20,000 bases of DNA from an uncultured virus (IMG/VR IMGVR_UViG_3300028393_000055) (taxonomy: Duplodnaviria > Heunggongvirae > Uroviricota > Caudoviricetes), in IMG/VR virus record IMGVR_UViG_3300028393_000055, one strand, 5' to 3'. The notes beneath the pieces are model-generated. The model had not been told where the DNA came from. It did not search any database and worked only from the letters and a program-made list of their open reading frames with translations. The position numbers were made by a program, and so were the translations under genes. Positions 8,650-16,675 of the stretch are shown in pieces. The first letter of the stretch is position 1; each line of letters opens with the position of its first letter.

Positions 8650-8976
8650 GTGTTAGTGGGGGGATTCTGTTTCCACGTTCCCCCCGAACGCATACTTACG
8701 CTGCTAGAGCGTAAGAGATAGGTGTATTATCGTTAGCATCTAAAACGCGCCTTGGTCTACTCGTGCCTTTACTACTATCTGTCGAACCTATATCGCCCCC
8801 ATCAAAGATACACTAATCTACACAACAAGCTGGAGCATTTATCTCTTCATGCTTTAGAACTTGTTTGGCGGTAGAACTCTTATAAAGGATCGTCTTTATT
8901 AGTGTATCCATGGTGGAGGCGTCGGGTACTGCCCCCGAGTCCAAATGGTTTATTCCGAACGTCTCAACAACCTTAG
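8650..8976 (-). ncRNA. ssrA: Circularly permuted two-piece tmRNA, alphaproteobacterial type
   Basis: Minus-strand order: acceptor piece ending TCGGG-GGCAGTA-CCCGA-CGCCTCC-A-CCA (3' end 8911); 110-nt intervening segment (8910-8801); coding piece starting GGGGGCGATATAGGTTCGAC (8800). It has the G3-U70 pair. The tag frame 8737-8696 reads ANDNTPISYALAA*. Outer ends are approximate. Confidence 0.93.
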
Positions 8977-8980
8977 CGTA

Positions 8981-9115
8981 TTATTTATAATACATGGAAA
9001 GAGGGTGTTTGTCAAGTAGATAATTTCTGGCTGATGACTCTGACCAATTGTTGATACAGATATAGCGTGGGCAATCCCAGTACATAAACATGAACGAGGT
9101 AAAATGCTCACTCAT
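8981..9115 (-). CDS. Possible 44-aa ORF
   Basis: MSEHFTSFMFMYWDCPRYICINNWSESSARNYLLDKHPLSMYYK*. It has an ATGA overlap with the exonuclease stop but also overlaps the tmRNA promoter. Confidence 0.3.
   Translation of the reverse strand: MSEHFTSFMFMYWDCPRYICINNWSESSARNYLLDKHPLSMYYK
8982..9015 (-). promoter_or_regulatory. Composite sigma70-like and T4 late promoter for the tmRNA/tRNA unit
   Basis: TTGACA (9015-9010), 17 nt, then TATTAT overlapping TATAAATA (8989-8982). Confidence 0.75.
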
Positions 9116-9804
9116 GCGAACTCCGACAAACTGGCTTTGAGCCTACGCTCGTAGCCATCGCGCACACGAACCAAATCAGCCACATAATCATTTCGCTTGC
9201 CTTCAAACACATCAAAATCGCCTTCGTCTGATACAATCAGAATGGCAAAGTCCAGCGTACGGATGCCAGTGTGCTCCTCGAACATGATGGAGTAGGCTGT
9301 GGCCTGTAGAAAATAATCGTGGATTTGGTCACGCTTTTTTTGGCGTATTGATGTTTTGAAATCAACCACAGTTGGCTTACCATTCCATTCGCAGATAAGA
9401 TCGGCTGTGCCAGCAATGCGAAGAATGTCGGAATACATTGCTGATTCTGTAGCATACACCAACTGGAGATTGGTGTCAACGCATTTCTGCACCTTGCGGA
9501 ATCTTTCAACAGTCGCTGGCATCTCTTTAGCCAGATTCAAATCATCACCAAGGATATATTTTTCCATAATGTGGTGGAGTTGAGTGCCACGCTTAGCAGC
9601 TCCCTGGCTAATTTTGTTAGCCTCGTTCGCGCCCACGCGAGAGCGCCACTCTGCGATGGACTTTTTCTTTTCTGGCTGAGAAGAAAGGACAGTTGTGATG
9701 GATGGGTAGACGTTAGCCTCAGGCGTCGAATACCGACGCCCAAGGTCTGTGTTGATTTGCTTTGCTTTTGGCAAATCTATGTGCATATCAAAGTCAAATT
9801 TCAA
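9112..9804 (-). CDS. PD-(D/E)xK exonuclease of T4-like phages
   Basis: YPSITTVLS, EWRSRVG, RGTQLH, IAGTADLI, VVDFKTS, YFLQATAY. It follows phoH, as in many marine T4-like phages. Confidence 0.88.
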   Translation of the reverse strand: MKFDFDMHIDLPKAKQINTDLGRRYSTPEANVYPSITTVLSSQPEKKKSIAEWRSRVGANEANKISQGAAKRGTQLHHIMEKYILGDDLNLAKEMPATVERFRKVQKCVDTNLQLVYATESAMYSDILRIAGTADLICEWNGKPTVVDFKTSIRQKKRDQIHDYFLQATAYSIMFEEHTGIRTLDFAILIVSDEGDFDVFEGKRNDYVADLVRVRDGYERRLKASLSEFA

Positions 9805-10589
9805 TTTATGATGCCTCGCTCTTCCAGATTGATTCGTGTAATTATATAGTCTTTCACGAAGCCCGAGCGGACGATATCACCTTTCTCAAACTTTACAATT
9901 TCAAAGGACTTCATGTGGTCTGCAATCTTCAAAAGATTTGGCATGCCAGATCCCTCGCGCATGTAGTCCTTTTGATTGAAGTCGCCACATAAAATGATAC
10001 GACAACCTTCACCAACACGAGTCATAATGGTATTCAATTCAGCATCACTCATATTCTGGCATTCATCCACGATGATGATGCTATTCTTGTATGTGATACC
10101 GCGAAGAAATGAAGTGGTGCAAAATTCAATGTAGTGATTTGTTTTGAACCACTCATATGGATTTGGCTTGTCAACTAGTTCAGCACATATTGCTGAGTAA
10201 GGTGCTTCATAAACTGCGGCCTTTTCTTTCGCGCTACCTGGAAGAAATCCAATGTCACGCGATGGTACTACGCTGCGAATGATAACGATAGGCTTTGGAG
10301 CTTCACCAGATAATACCGAATAGAGTGCGAGATATAGAGAAAGGAATGTCTTACCAGAACCAGCGACACCGTGCAGGATCATATTCTTGCCTGCATCATA
10401 TGCCTCGAACACTTTACGCTGTGCTTCTGTCTTTGGTATAATTGATTTCAATCGCGGTGGTGGTACAAACGACGGTTGGCCGTATGCTTTTGTCTTTCGC
10501 TTTTTTTCTTTTCTACCTCGTCTTGTAATGTACTTATCTGCCTCTTGCTCTAGGAACTTCTCGTTAACCACCTCAGCGACTAGGGACAT
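9801..10589 (-). CDS. phoH: PhoH-like ATPase
   Basis: Walker A GVAGSGKT, IGFLPG, SFLRGITY, IIVDECQN, TRVG, GDFNQ, DIVRSGFVK. Confidence 0.95.
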   Translation of the reverse strand: MSLVAEVVNEKFLEQEADKYITRRGRKEKKRKTKAYGQPSFVPPPRLKSIIPKTEAQRKVFEAYDAGKNMILHGVAGSGKTFLSLYLALYSVLSGEAPKPIVIIRSVVPSRDIGFLPGSAKEKAAVYEAPYSAICAELVDKPNPYEWFKTNHYIEFCTTSFLRGITYKNSIIIVDECQNMSDAELNTIMTRVGEGCRIILCGDFNQKDYMREGSGMPNLLKIADHMKSFEIVKFEKGDIVRSGFVKDYIITRINLEERGIIN

Positions 10590-10629
10590 ATAATTCTCCG
10601 TTGGATGTTACAGGAACATAACGAACGTG

Positions 10630-10863
10630 CTACCAAACATTTACCGTACTTCTAGGGTGCTTCTTTTTGATTGTCTTGAGGATATCATTGAAGCCCGAGT
10701 CGGGTTTATTGCGGGATGAGATTACGCCTGACACGATTGGTGGCGCAGATAGAGCTTGACGAAGGTGGGGATTTTCTGCGAGATGATTTTCCAGTGCGGA
10801 GTATGACATGAACTCGCTGGTAATCTCGTTGGTCTGGGTGTTTTCAATACTGTACATGGGCAT
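10630..10863 (-). CDS. 77-aa hypothetical protein (FmdB-like N-terminus without cysteines)
   Basis: MPMYSIENTQTNE...ENPHLRQALSAPPIVSG...KPDSGFNDILKTIKKKHP. A late-promoter box lies just upstream. Confidence 0.7.
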   Translation of the reverse strand: MPMYSIENTQTNEITSEFMSYSALENHLAENPHLRQALSAPPIVSGVISSRNKPDSGFNDILKTIKKKHPRSTVNVW

Positions 10864-10890
10864 AGTGAAGGTTCTCTCTTGGTTATATTC

Positions 10891-10902
10891 TATTTATAAA
10901 TA
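10891..10902. promoter_or_regulatory. Overlapping divergent T4 late promoters
   Basis: The palindrome TATTTATAAATA contains TATAAATA on both strands (minus 10898-10891, plus 10895-10902), exactly at the point where gene orientation diverges. Confidence 0.8.
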
Positions 10903-10920
10903 AGCGTAAAGGAGAAAATC

Positions 10921-11202
10921 ATGGATCAATGGTTCAAATTAGTTGCAGAAGTTGGCTTTCCTATCGCGGCTGCGTGTGCGGGTGGCTACTTCGTATTCCT
11001 CACAATGAAATTCATTCTAGCAGGTGTTATGTCCAGTGTCAAGGGTCTATCTGGCATCATCACCGCGCTGGACAATCGAGTAAAGACAATGAACCACGAT
11101 GTTATTCGTATTGACACTTTGGTTTCGAATGCTCTTGGTGTGAAGCCAGATGTGGATCGTATCGCAAGAGCGGATGGTAAGAATGACGCACGAAGGGATT
11201 AA
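10921..11202 (+). CDS. Small membrane protein (YvrJ/holin-like), paralog 1
   Basis: RBS AAGGAG; EVGFPIAA followed by a TM helix and a coiled-coil-like segment. Confidence 0.7.
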   Translation: MDQWFKLVAEVGFPIAAACAGGYFVFLTMKFILAGVMSSVKGLSGIITALDNRVKTMNHDVIRIDTLVSNALGVKPDVDRIARADGKNDARRD

Positions 11203-11323
11203 GATTGAAGTGATAGAAAGAACCAGAAACGGTATATCATATTATACCGTACTTCTAAATGATTGGGTATTTTTGATAACCAAAAATAAAAGCTTGGCGC
11301 AAAAAATTTTTAGGGAGAGTTGA
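11183..11323 (+). CDS. Possible 46-aa hypothetical protein (not in the ORF track)
   Basis: MTHEGIKIEVIERTRNGISYYTVLLNDWVFLITKNKSLAQKIFRES* spans the whole gap between the two larger genes. Confidence 0.45.
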   Translation: MTHEGIKIEVIERTRNGISYYTVLLNDWVFLITKNKSLAQKIFRES

Positions 11324-11325
11324 TC

Positions 11326-12795
11326 GTGAAATTTTTGTCATATCATGTTTGGCCGTACGAAACACCACCACCTACTATTAGACGTTATGCTGCACATGAT
11401 TCGAATATCAGCTATTTTGATGGAAAAACTATTCGTTATTTTAAAAGCGAAAGAATGTTTCAGATAAAACACCACAAATTATCTGTTAACGATTGTGATG
11501 ATATAACAAAAAAAATATGGGGTGTTAGTAGAGACGATGTTGATGATGTAATTTTTGTTTCTGCTGACTCTAATACAGTTGAGCCGCAATCAAATTTTAA
11601 AAATCTAATAAAGCACATATATTGTGAATCTACCGACGGAACAAAATTTATAGACCATCATTACGCACACGCTCTTAGTGTTTCTCTTTTAGAAGACGTT
11701 GATATCAGCATTAATATAGATGGTAAAGGATCATTGAAGAGTTGGTCCGTATATCGTGGAGAACAGTTTCTTGATTGTGGTTATATAGATATAGCTGGGT
11801 CTATAGGTTTCAGTTTAACACACATAGGTCATAAGTTAAATATAAAAGGCGACGATATAGATTTGGCTGGTAAGTTAATGGGAGCACAATCTTATGGTAA
11901 CATTGATAATGAACTATTGAAGCTATTAAGAAAATACGATATCTATAATATAAATCCTGTGATGTATACTTTTGAAGGATATACCAAAAAATTAAATTGG
12001 TTAAGAACTGTCCATGAACGATATGGAGAAATGGTTTTAGAGCTATTTGAAAAATACGCTAAACCGAATGAACGAATAGGTTATAGTGGTGGTGTCGCTC
12101 AGAATGTGATATGGAATTCCAAACTCAAAGAAAAATATCCAAATCTTGTAGTGATGCCGTATTCTGGCGATGAAGGTTTATCTTTGGGTGGCATGGAATT
12201 TCTACGCAGAAAACATAATCTACCTAGGTTAAGTATGAGCAATTTTCCTTTTTGCCAATCAGACGAATCTCCTCCATCCGAATGCTTACAATTAGATAGA
12301 GTTGTAAATGCTTTAGCCAATGGTAAAATAGTTGCTTGGTATCAGGGTAATGGAGAGATTGGACCTAGAGCATTGGGTAACAGATCCATACTTATGGATC
12401 CTAGAATTGTAAATGGCAAAGACAAAATCAATCGGGTAAAGAATCGAGAATCTTTTAGACCATTTGGTTCTTCCATATTAGCAGAATTTGCAAAAGAGTA
12501 TTTTGATGTGGATTATGAAAATCCTTATATGCTATATGTGGGTAAAGTACAGAAAGATAATCTATCATCAATAACACATGTTGATGGTACTTGCAGATTT
12601 CAAACCGTAACAACTGGGCAATTTCGGCAATTGCTTGAAAAATTTTATGAGCTAACTAATTGTCCAGTTCTTCTAAATACGAGTTTGAATAACGCTGGAA
12701 ATCCAATTGCAGCATTTTCTGCAAATGCTCTTTATGAATATGAAACAAATGCCATTGATATGCTTGTCATAGGCAATGAGGTTTACGAAAGGTAA
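11326..12795 (+). CDS. NodU/CmcH/TobZ-family carbamoyltransferase
   Basis: AHDS, DHHYAHA, DGKG, AGKLMGAQSYG, SGGVAQNV, GDEG, EIGPRALGNRSIL, VKNRESFRPF, HVDGTCRFQTV, LNTSLN. The start is probably the GTG at 11326, after GGGAG. Confidence 0.93.
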   Translation: MKFLSYHVWPYETPPPTIRRYAAHDSNISYFDGKTIRYFKSERMFQIKHHKLSVNDCDDITKKIWGVSRDDVDDVIFVSADSNTVEPQSNFKNLIKHIYCESTDGTKFIDHHYAHALSVSLLEDVDISINIDGKGSLKSWSVYRGEQFLDCGYIDIAGSIGFSLTHIGHKLNIKGDDIDLAGKLMGAQSYGNIDNELLKLLRKYDIYNINPVMYTFEGYTKKLNWLRTVHERYGEMVLELFEKYAKPNERIGYSGGVAQNVIWNSKLKEKYPNLVVMPYSGDEGLSLGGMEFLRRKHNLPRLSMSNFPFCQSDESPPSECLQLDRVVNALANGKIVAWYQGNGEIGPRALGNRSILMDPRIVNGKDKINRVKNRESFRPFGSSILAEFAKEYFDVDYENPYMLYVGKVQKDNLSSITHVDGTCRFQTVTTGQFRQLLEKFYELTNCPVLLNTSLNNAGNPIAAFSANALYEYETNAIDMLVIGNEVYER

Positions 12796-12800
12796 TAAAC

Positions 12801-13241
12801 ATGGATGGTATTGCTGATCTAATTAACAAATATGGCTTTCCTATTGTCGCTGCTGGTGGCATGGGGTACATGATTTACTATGTATGGACATGGGCAACCA
12901 AAGAAATCAAACCAGTCACAAGTGAAGCAAGCACCGTTCTTATTGCTTTGATCGACCGCATTCGTATGCTCGACAATGACCTTATCCGTTTGAACCAGAA
13001 AATCAATATTGTTCTCCAGTTGCGTGGCAAAGAAATTGAATCCGAACGCCATCTGCACGATGTTGAAACCGCAGCCAAAGCACAAAAGCGCGAATTAGAA
13101 GCAGCGGACAAACAAGTGAAAGCTGCGGAAGAACTAGCAGCCAAACATAACCACGAGGCTGTCAATGTAGATGACGGGTCCATAGCGAACCCAGAGCAAA
13201 ATACCAAGCAAGAGCCAGACAAGAAAAATAAGAAAGTATAA
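12801..13241 (+). CDS. Small membrane protein (YvrJ/holin-like), paralog 2, with a charged C-terminal extension
   Basis: KYGFPIVAAGGMGYMIYYVW TM helix; LIALIDRIRMLDNDLIR aligns with paralog 1; RBS AAGG. Confidence 0.7.
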   Translation: MDGIADLINKYGFPIVAAGGMGYMIYYVWTWATKEIKPVTSEASTVLIALIDRIRMLDNDLIRLNQKINIVLQLRGKEIESERHLHDVETAAKAQKRELEAADKQVKAAEELAAKHNHEAVNVDDGSIANPEQNTKQEPDKKNKKV

Positions 13242-13245
13242 TATC

Positions 13246-15303
13246 TTACTTGCTGTTGGTACGGAATACGCCATCCCAATCCTTAGGTAGAGGATTCTTT
13301 TTATAGTCCTCCACGCGCTCTTTCATCATTTCATAATATTCTTTTAGATCACCACCAAATGCGGATTCTAGTACATGAAAATAATTTTCAAGTCTGTCCC
13401 ATTCCTGTGCGCGATAGTATTTGATGAAGTCTGCGTGTGTGCGAGCATACGCCTTATTGATACCAATCTTTTCAACGATGGTGTATATCTTCACACCTTC
13501 GCTCTTACCCTTCACGGCAAGGCAATCAAGTTCCACGCATAGATATTCATCCTTCACATATTCATAAGTCTTAGGACCAATGACCATCTTCACATGATAT
13601 GGCTTGCTCTGCCCTTCCAGGCGCGAGGCTAGATTGACAGTATCACCGAGACAAGTATAATCAAAGCGTTGACTACTACCCATATTGCCAACCACAACGG
13701 AGCCTGTGTTAATCCCAAGACCCATACCAAAGGGTGGAACACCCTCAGTGGCGATCTCTTTGTTAAATCGTTCCAAATCACCTAACATCTCCAGTGCTGT
13801 CTTTACTGCGTGTTTCGCATGGTCTGCGTCATCAAGTGGCGCATTCCAAAATGCCATCTGCGCGTCACCGATATACTTATCTAGTGTGCCGTCGTTTTGA
13901 ATTATCTTAGCTGTCATCGCTGTCATGTAACGGTTCATTATTTTCGTAAGGCCCTGTACGTCATTACCGTAATGTTCAGAGATAGTCGTAAAGCCCCTAA
14001 CGTCAGTAAACATAATAGATAGCTCGCGGGTCTCTCCTCCCAAGCACAATAGTTCTGGGTTCTTCTGTAGTTTCTCGACCAGTGCAGGTGAAAGGTAAGT
14101 ACCGAACTGCTTTTTAATTTGTTGCTTTAGTCTAAACTCACGAGCGAAATTGTTGAATACCAAGTGTCCATATACAACAGATATAGCCAATACAATATAG
14201 CTTGCATCCCATAGCTGTAGCTCTGTTTTGAATAAATAATAACTCGCTGCTGATACTCCAACCACAATGAAAGCGTAGAATGGAACCGTTAACGCTACCG
14301 TCAGTCTTGGAACTATATGGAGCAATAGTAGCAGGATGGTGGTTAGTAGTGCTCCTTCTATTAGCCTTCCTACGTTGGGGCGAGAAATAGAAGTTCCGTC
14401 TACCAGTGTTTGAAGTGTCTGCGCTTGAATTTCGTGCGCCCATTTTTCACCGATTGGTGTGGCTATAATACCCCCAACACCTTCAATCGTTAAACCAAGA
14501 ATAACAATCTTGTCCTTCACGCGGGCGTCTATTTCAGTTGCTTCTAGCGTATCAAACTTGGTATTCCAAGTCAACCAGATACGACCTCTTTCATCGGTTG
14601 AGATTGGTGGAAAAGCTGGGACTCTTACAGCCTCTATTCCACCTTCGTTCGTCTTAACTTGGAAGCTAGGGTCTCCAGCAGCGACACGAATGGTTTCCAA
14701 AGGAATACTTGGATAAAGACCAGATGCAATATTGACAAGTAGAGGCATACGGCGAACCACACCGTCCAATTCAGAGATTGTTGCGACCACACCAACGCCT
14801 GAGGCAACTTCGGCATACTTGTCAAGAGGGCGTAATCCACCAGGCCAACGATAGACAACCCTAGCAGGATCAACAGGACCGATAGCAGCGAACCCACGAC
14901 GAACCGAGTCGGGCTTACTGTTTTGAGTAGTAGGGGTTTGAGCGAGGACAACACCTTCAAGAGTTTTTGCCAGTTCATCATCGCCTCCCGCTCTATCTTT
15001 CTCAGAGAATAGAATAGGCGCAACGATTACCGAAGCGCCGTTCTCTTTTAGTTTATTGATTGTCTTTGCGATATCTCGTCTGTCAAATGGCCACTGACCA
15101 AACTTCTCGACCGACTTCTCACCAAAGTTAACAATTACAATCTCTTCTGATTGTTTCTTCTCCAGAGAAGTTATGAAGAGGTCGAACGTATTCAATTGTA
15201 GCTTTTGTATTGGACTGGGATTGATTACATACAATGTCAACAGGAGACAGGCGCTGATAGCAACCATCCATGTGCTTGTAAGAAACTTGACTAGCTTTTC
15301 CAT
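13246..15303 (-). CDS. CHASE2-domain membrane class III adenylate cyclase
   Basis: N-terminal TM; CHASE2 motifs (IVIVNF, FGQWPFDR, ILFSEKD, DGVVRRMPL); three TM helices; cyclase motifs FTDVRGFT, DKYIGDA, GINTG, VGNMGS, DYTCLGDTVNLASRLE, VKGK. Confidence 0.95.
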   Translation of the reverse strand: MEKLVKFLTSTWMVAISACLLLTLYVINPSPIQKLQLNTFDLFITSLEKKQSEEIVIVNFGEKSVEKFGQWPFDRRDIAKTINKLKENGASVIVAPILFSEKDRAGGDDELAKTLEGVVLAQTPTTQNSKPDSVRRGFAAIGPVDPARVVYRWPGGLRPLDKYAEVASGVGVVATISELDGVVRRMPLLVNIASGLYPSIPLETIRVAAGDPSFQVKTNEGGIEAVRVPAFPPISTDERGRIWLTWNTKFDTLEATEIDARVKDKIVILGLTIEGVGGIIATPIGEKWAHEIQAQTLQTLVDGTSISRPNVGRLIEGALLTTILLLLLHIVPRLTVALTVPFYAFIVVGVSAASYYLFKTELQLWDASYIVLAISVVYGHLVFNNFAREFRLKQQIKKQFGTYLSPALVEKLQKNPELLCLGGETRELSIMFTDVRGFTTISEHYGNDVQGLTKIMNRYMTAMTAKIIQNDGTLDKYIGDAQMAFWNAPLDDADHAKHAVKTALEMLGDLERFNKEIATEGVPPFGMGLGINTGSVVVGNMGSSQRFDYTCLGDTVNLASRLEGQSKPYHVKMVIGPKTYEYVKDEYLCVELDCLAVKGKSEGVKIYTIVEKIGINKAYARTHADFIKYYRAQEWDRLENYFHVLESAFGGDLKEYYEMMKERVEDYKKNPLPKDWDGVFRTNSK

Positions 15304-15566
15304 CAGTATTGGCTAACGATATAAGGGCTATTGGGACAATTGAGACCACAAGTAACACTAAGACTAAAAGACTGAGGCGTGTTTCCAGACTGAGAGATAA
15401 TAGCCGAGATATTATCACCAGTGAAACTAAGGGTAGCACTATGATTAGCACCAGACTGAGTAATACTAACATTCTGTAAGGATCCTATGATGTTCACGGT
15501 TGCATTATTTACTGTCTGCGATAGAGCAGGCGTTGTCATTAGAAGGAGCGCGATTAATGTTTTCAT
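15303..15566 (-). CDS. Small secreted curlin-like protein
   Basis: Signal peptide MKTLIALLLMTTPALS; repeats NVSITQSGANHSA and ISAIISQSGN; a CGLNC cysteine pair. Confidence 0.65.
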   Translation of the reverse strand: MKTLIALLLMTTPALSQTVNNATVNIIGSLQNVSITQSGANHSATLSFTGDNISAIISQSGNTPQSFSLSVTCGLNCPNSPYIVSQY

Positions 15567-16675
15567 CAGTTGCCCTGCTTTATAGTTATCGTTGTGGTTC
15601 CAGCACTGTTTACCATCTGCGTCACTGAACCACCATCCTGAGTCAAATTCAATGTCATGTTATGCGTAGTTGATACCGTCAATTCCATATATGAGTTATA
15701 CGATTCGCGGTAGAGCGTCACATTATCCTGCTCGACAAAATACTTTAGGCCTGTTGAAGCATTATATTTAGGCAGCAACGCATTGAATTCCGCAAGCTCG
15801 TTAGTTAGCATCTGTGAACTGGATAGGTCTAGAAAGTTCAACAGGTAATCACTATCAAGAAAGTTCCTATCAAGTTTATTGTACTCTGTAAGGTAGTTCT
15901 TTTCAAGTTCGCTGTATTTGAGAAAATCAATGCCAAGTAAATCTGCGTCTAGTACGTTTGCGATACGCTCAACTGGTTGCTCACGCACAACAGGTTTTGC
16001 TGGTGCTACGATAAGCATATTATTTATCTGATCCAAATTCAGGTTCATAATGCTGGATTTTGGTGTACTGATACTGGTCTGCACATTGACAGTCTCAAAT
16101 GGTTTGGTTAACCAGATAGTGCCCATATCCGTAGTAACAGATATGGAACCAACCACGCAGTCTCGTTCAATATTGCGCCAACCAGCAGGGCAAGAAGGAA
16201 GCAAAATAATAGTAGAACGACCGATCTCATCGACGGTACCTGAGAAATCAGTTCCGCGGACACCGATTGTTGCTGTTGGTGTTTCCACCATGACTTGTTG
16301 CGGATCTGATTTAGCAATTTGCCCGGATGCATATTTGATAGTGCCGAGCGCCATCTTGATGCCAAGCTTGCCAGTTTTCTTTTCACCGTCGTAAACAAAA
16401 TTGTCAATGACAAGGCGGCTGTGCTCCGTTATCTGAACTTTGGTATCATCTTGGAATGTGATACCAGTTTTCCCGTTCGCAGTCGTTATGGTATCTTTCA
16501 TCTCAACGCCACTGGATAGTGCGCTGGAAATCAAGTTAGCATCACGCTTTATTTCTGCTGGGCCCGTTTGCTCTGTGACCTTACCAACTTCAGACTTAGT
16601 TGTGGTTGGACTTGATAAGCAGAGTATTGCCAGAACCAGTGATTGTAGAAATGACCTTAGAGTCAACACCGCCAC
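15566..16675 (-). CDS. Exported FecR-domain protein
   Basis: Signal-like N-terminus; DTITTANGKTGITFQDDTKVQITEHSRLVID, GTIKYASG and VETPTATIGVRGTDF (the FecR hallmark). The exact start is uncertain (16675, 16669 or 16666). Confidence 0.88.
   Translation of the reverse strand: MAVLTLRSFLQSLVLAILCLSSPTTTKSEVGKVTEQTGPAEIKRDANLISSALSSGVEMKDTITTANGKTGITFQDDTKVQITEHSRLVIDNFVYDGEKKTGKLGIKMALGTIKYASGQIAKSDPQQVMVETPTATIGVRGTDFSGTVDEIGRSTIILLPSCPAGWRNIERDCVVGSISVTTDMGTIWLTKPFETVNVQTSISTPKSSIMNLNLDQINNMLIVAPAKPVVREQPVERIANVLDADLLGIDFLKYSELEKNYLTEYNKLDRNFLDSDYLLNFLDLSSSQMLTNELAEFNALLPKYNASTGLKYFVEQDNVTLYRESYNSYMELTVSTTHNMTLNLTQDGGSVTQMVNSAGTTTITIKQGN

Noticed and set aside
8631..8693. N-terminal extension of track ORF 8406..8693
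   Set aside because: It overlaps the tmRNA 3' hairpin, and a strong RBS precedes the ATG at 8630.
8911..8950. Separate tRNA or tRNA-fragment att site
   Set aside because: It pairs with GGGGGCG at 8800-8794 and is explained as the tmRNA acceptor piece.
9112..9804. Cas4 or CRISPR-associated nuclease
   Set aside because: It lacks the four-cysteine Fe-S motif, there is no array or other cas gene, and it sits in the usual phoH-exonuclease position.
11229..11250. Inverted repeat ACGGTATA/TATACCGT as a terminator or mobile-element end
   Set aside because: The stem is AT-rich, has no adjacent U-tract and lies inside a probable small ORF, so no function can be supported.
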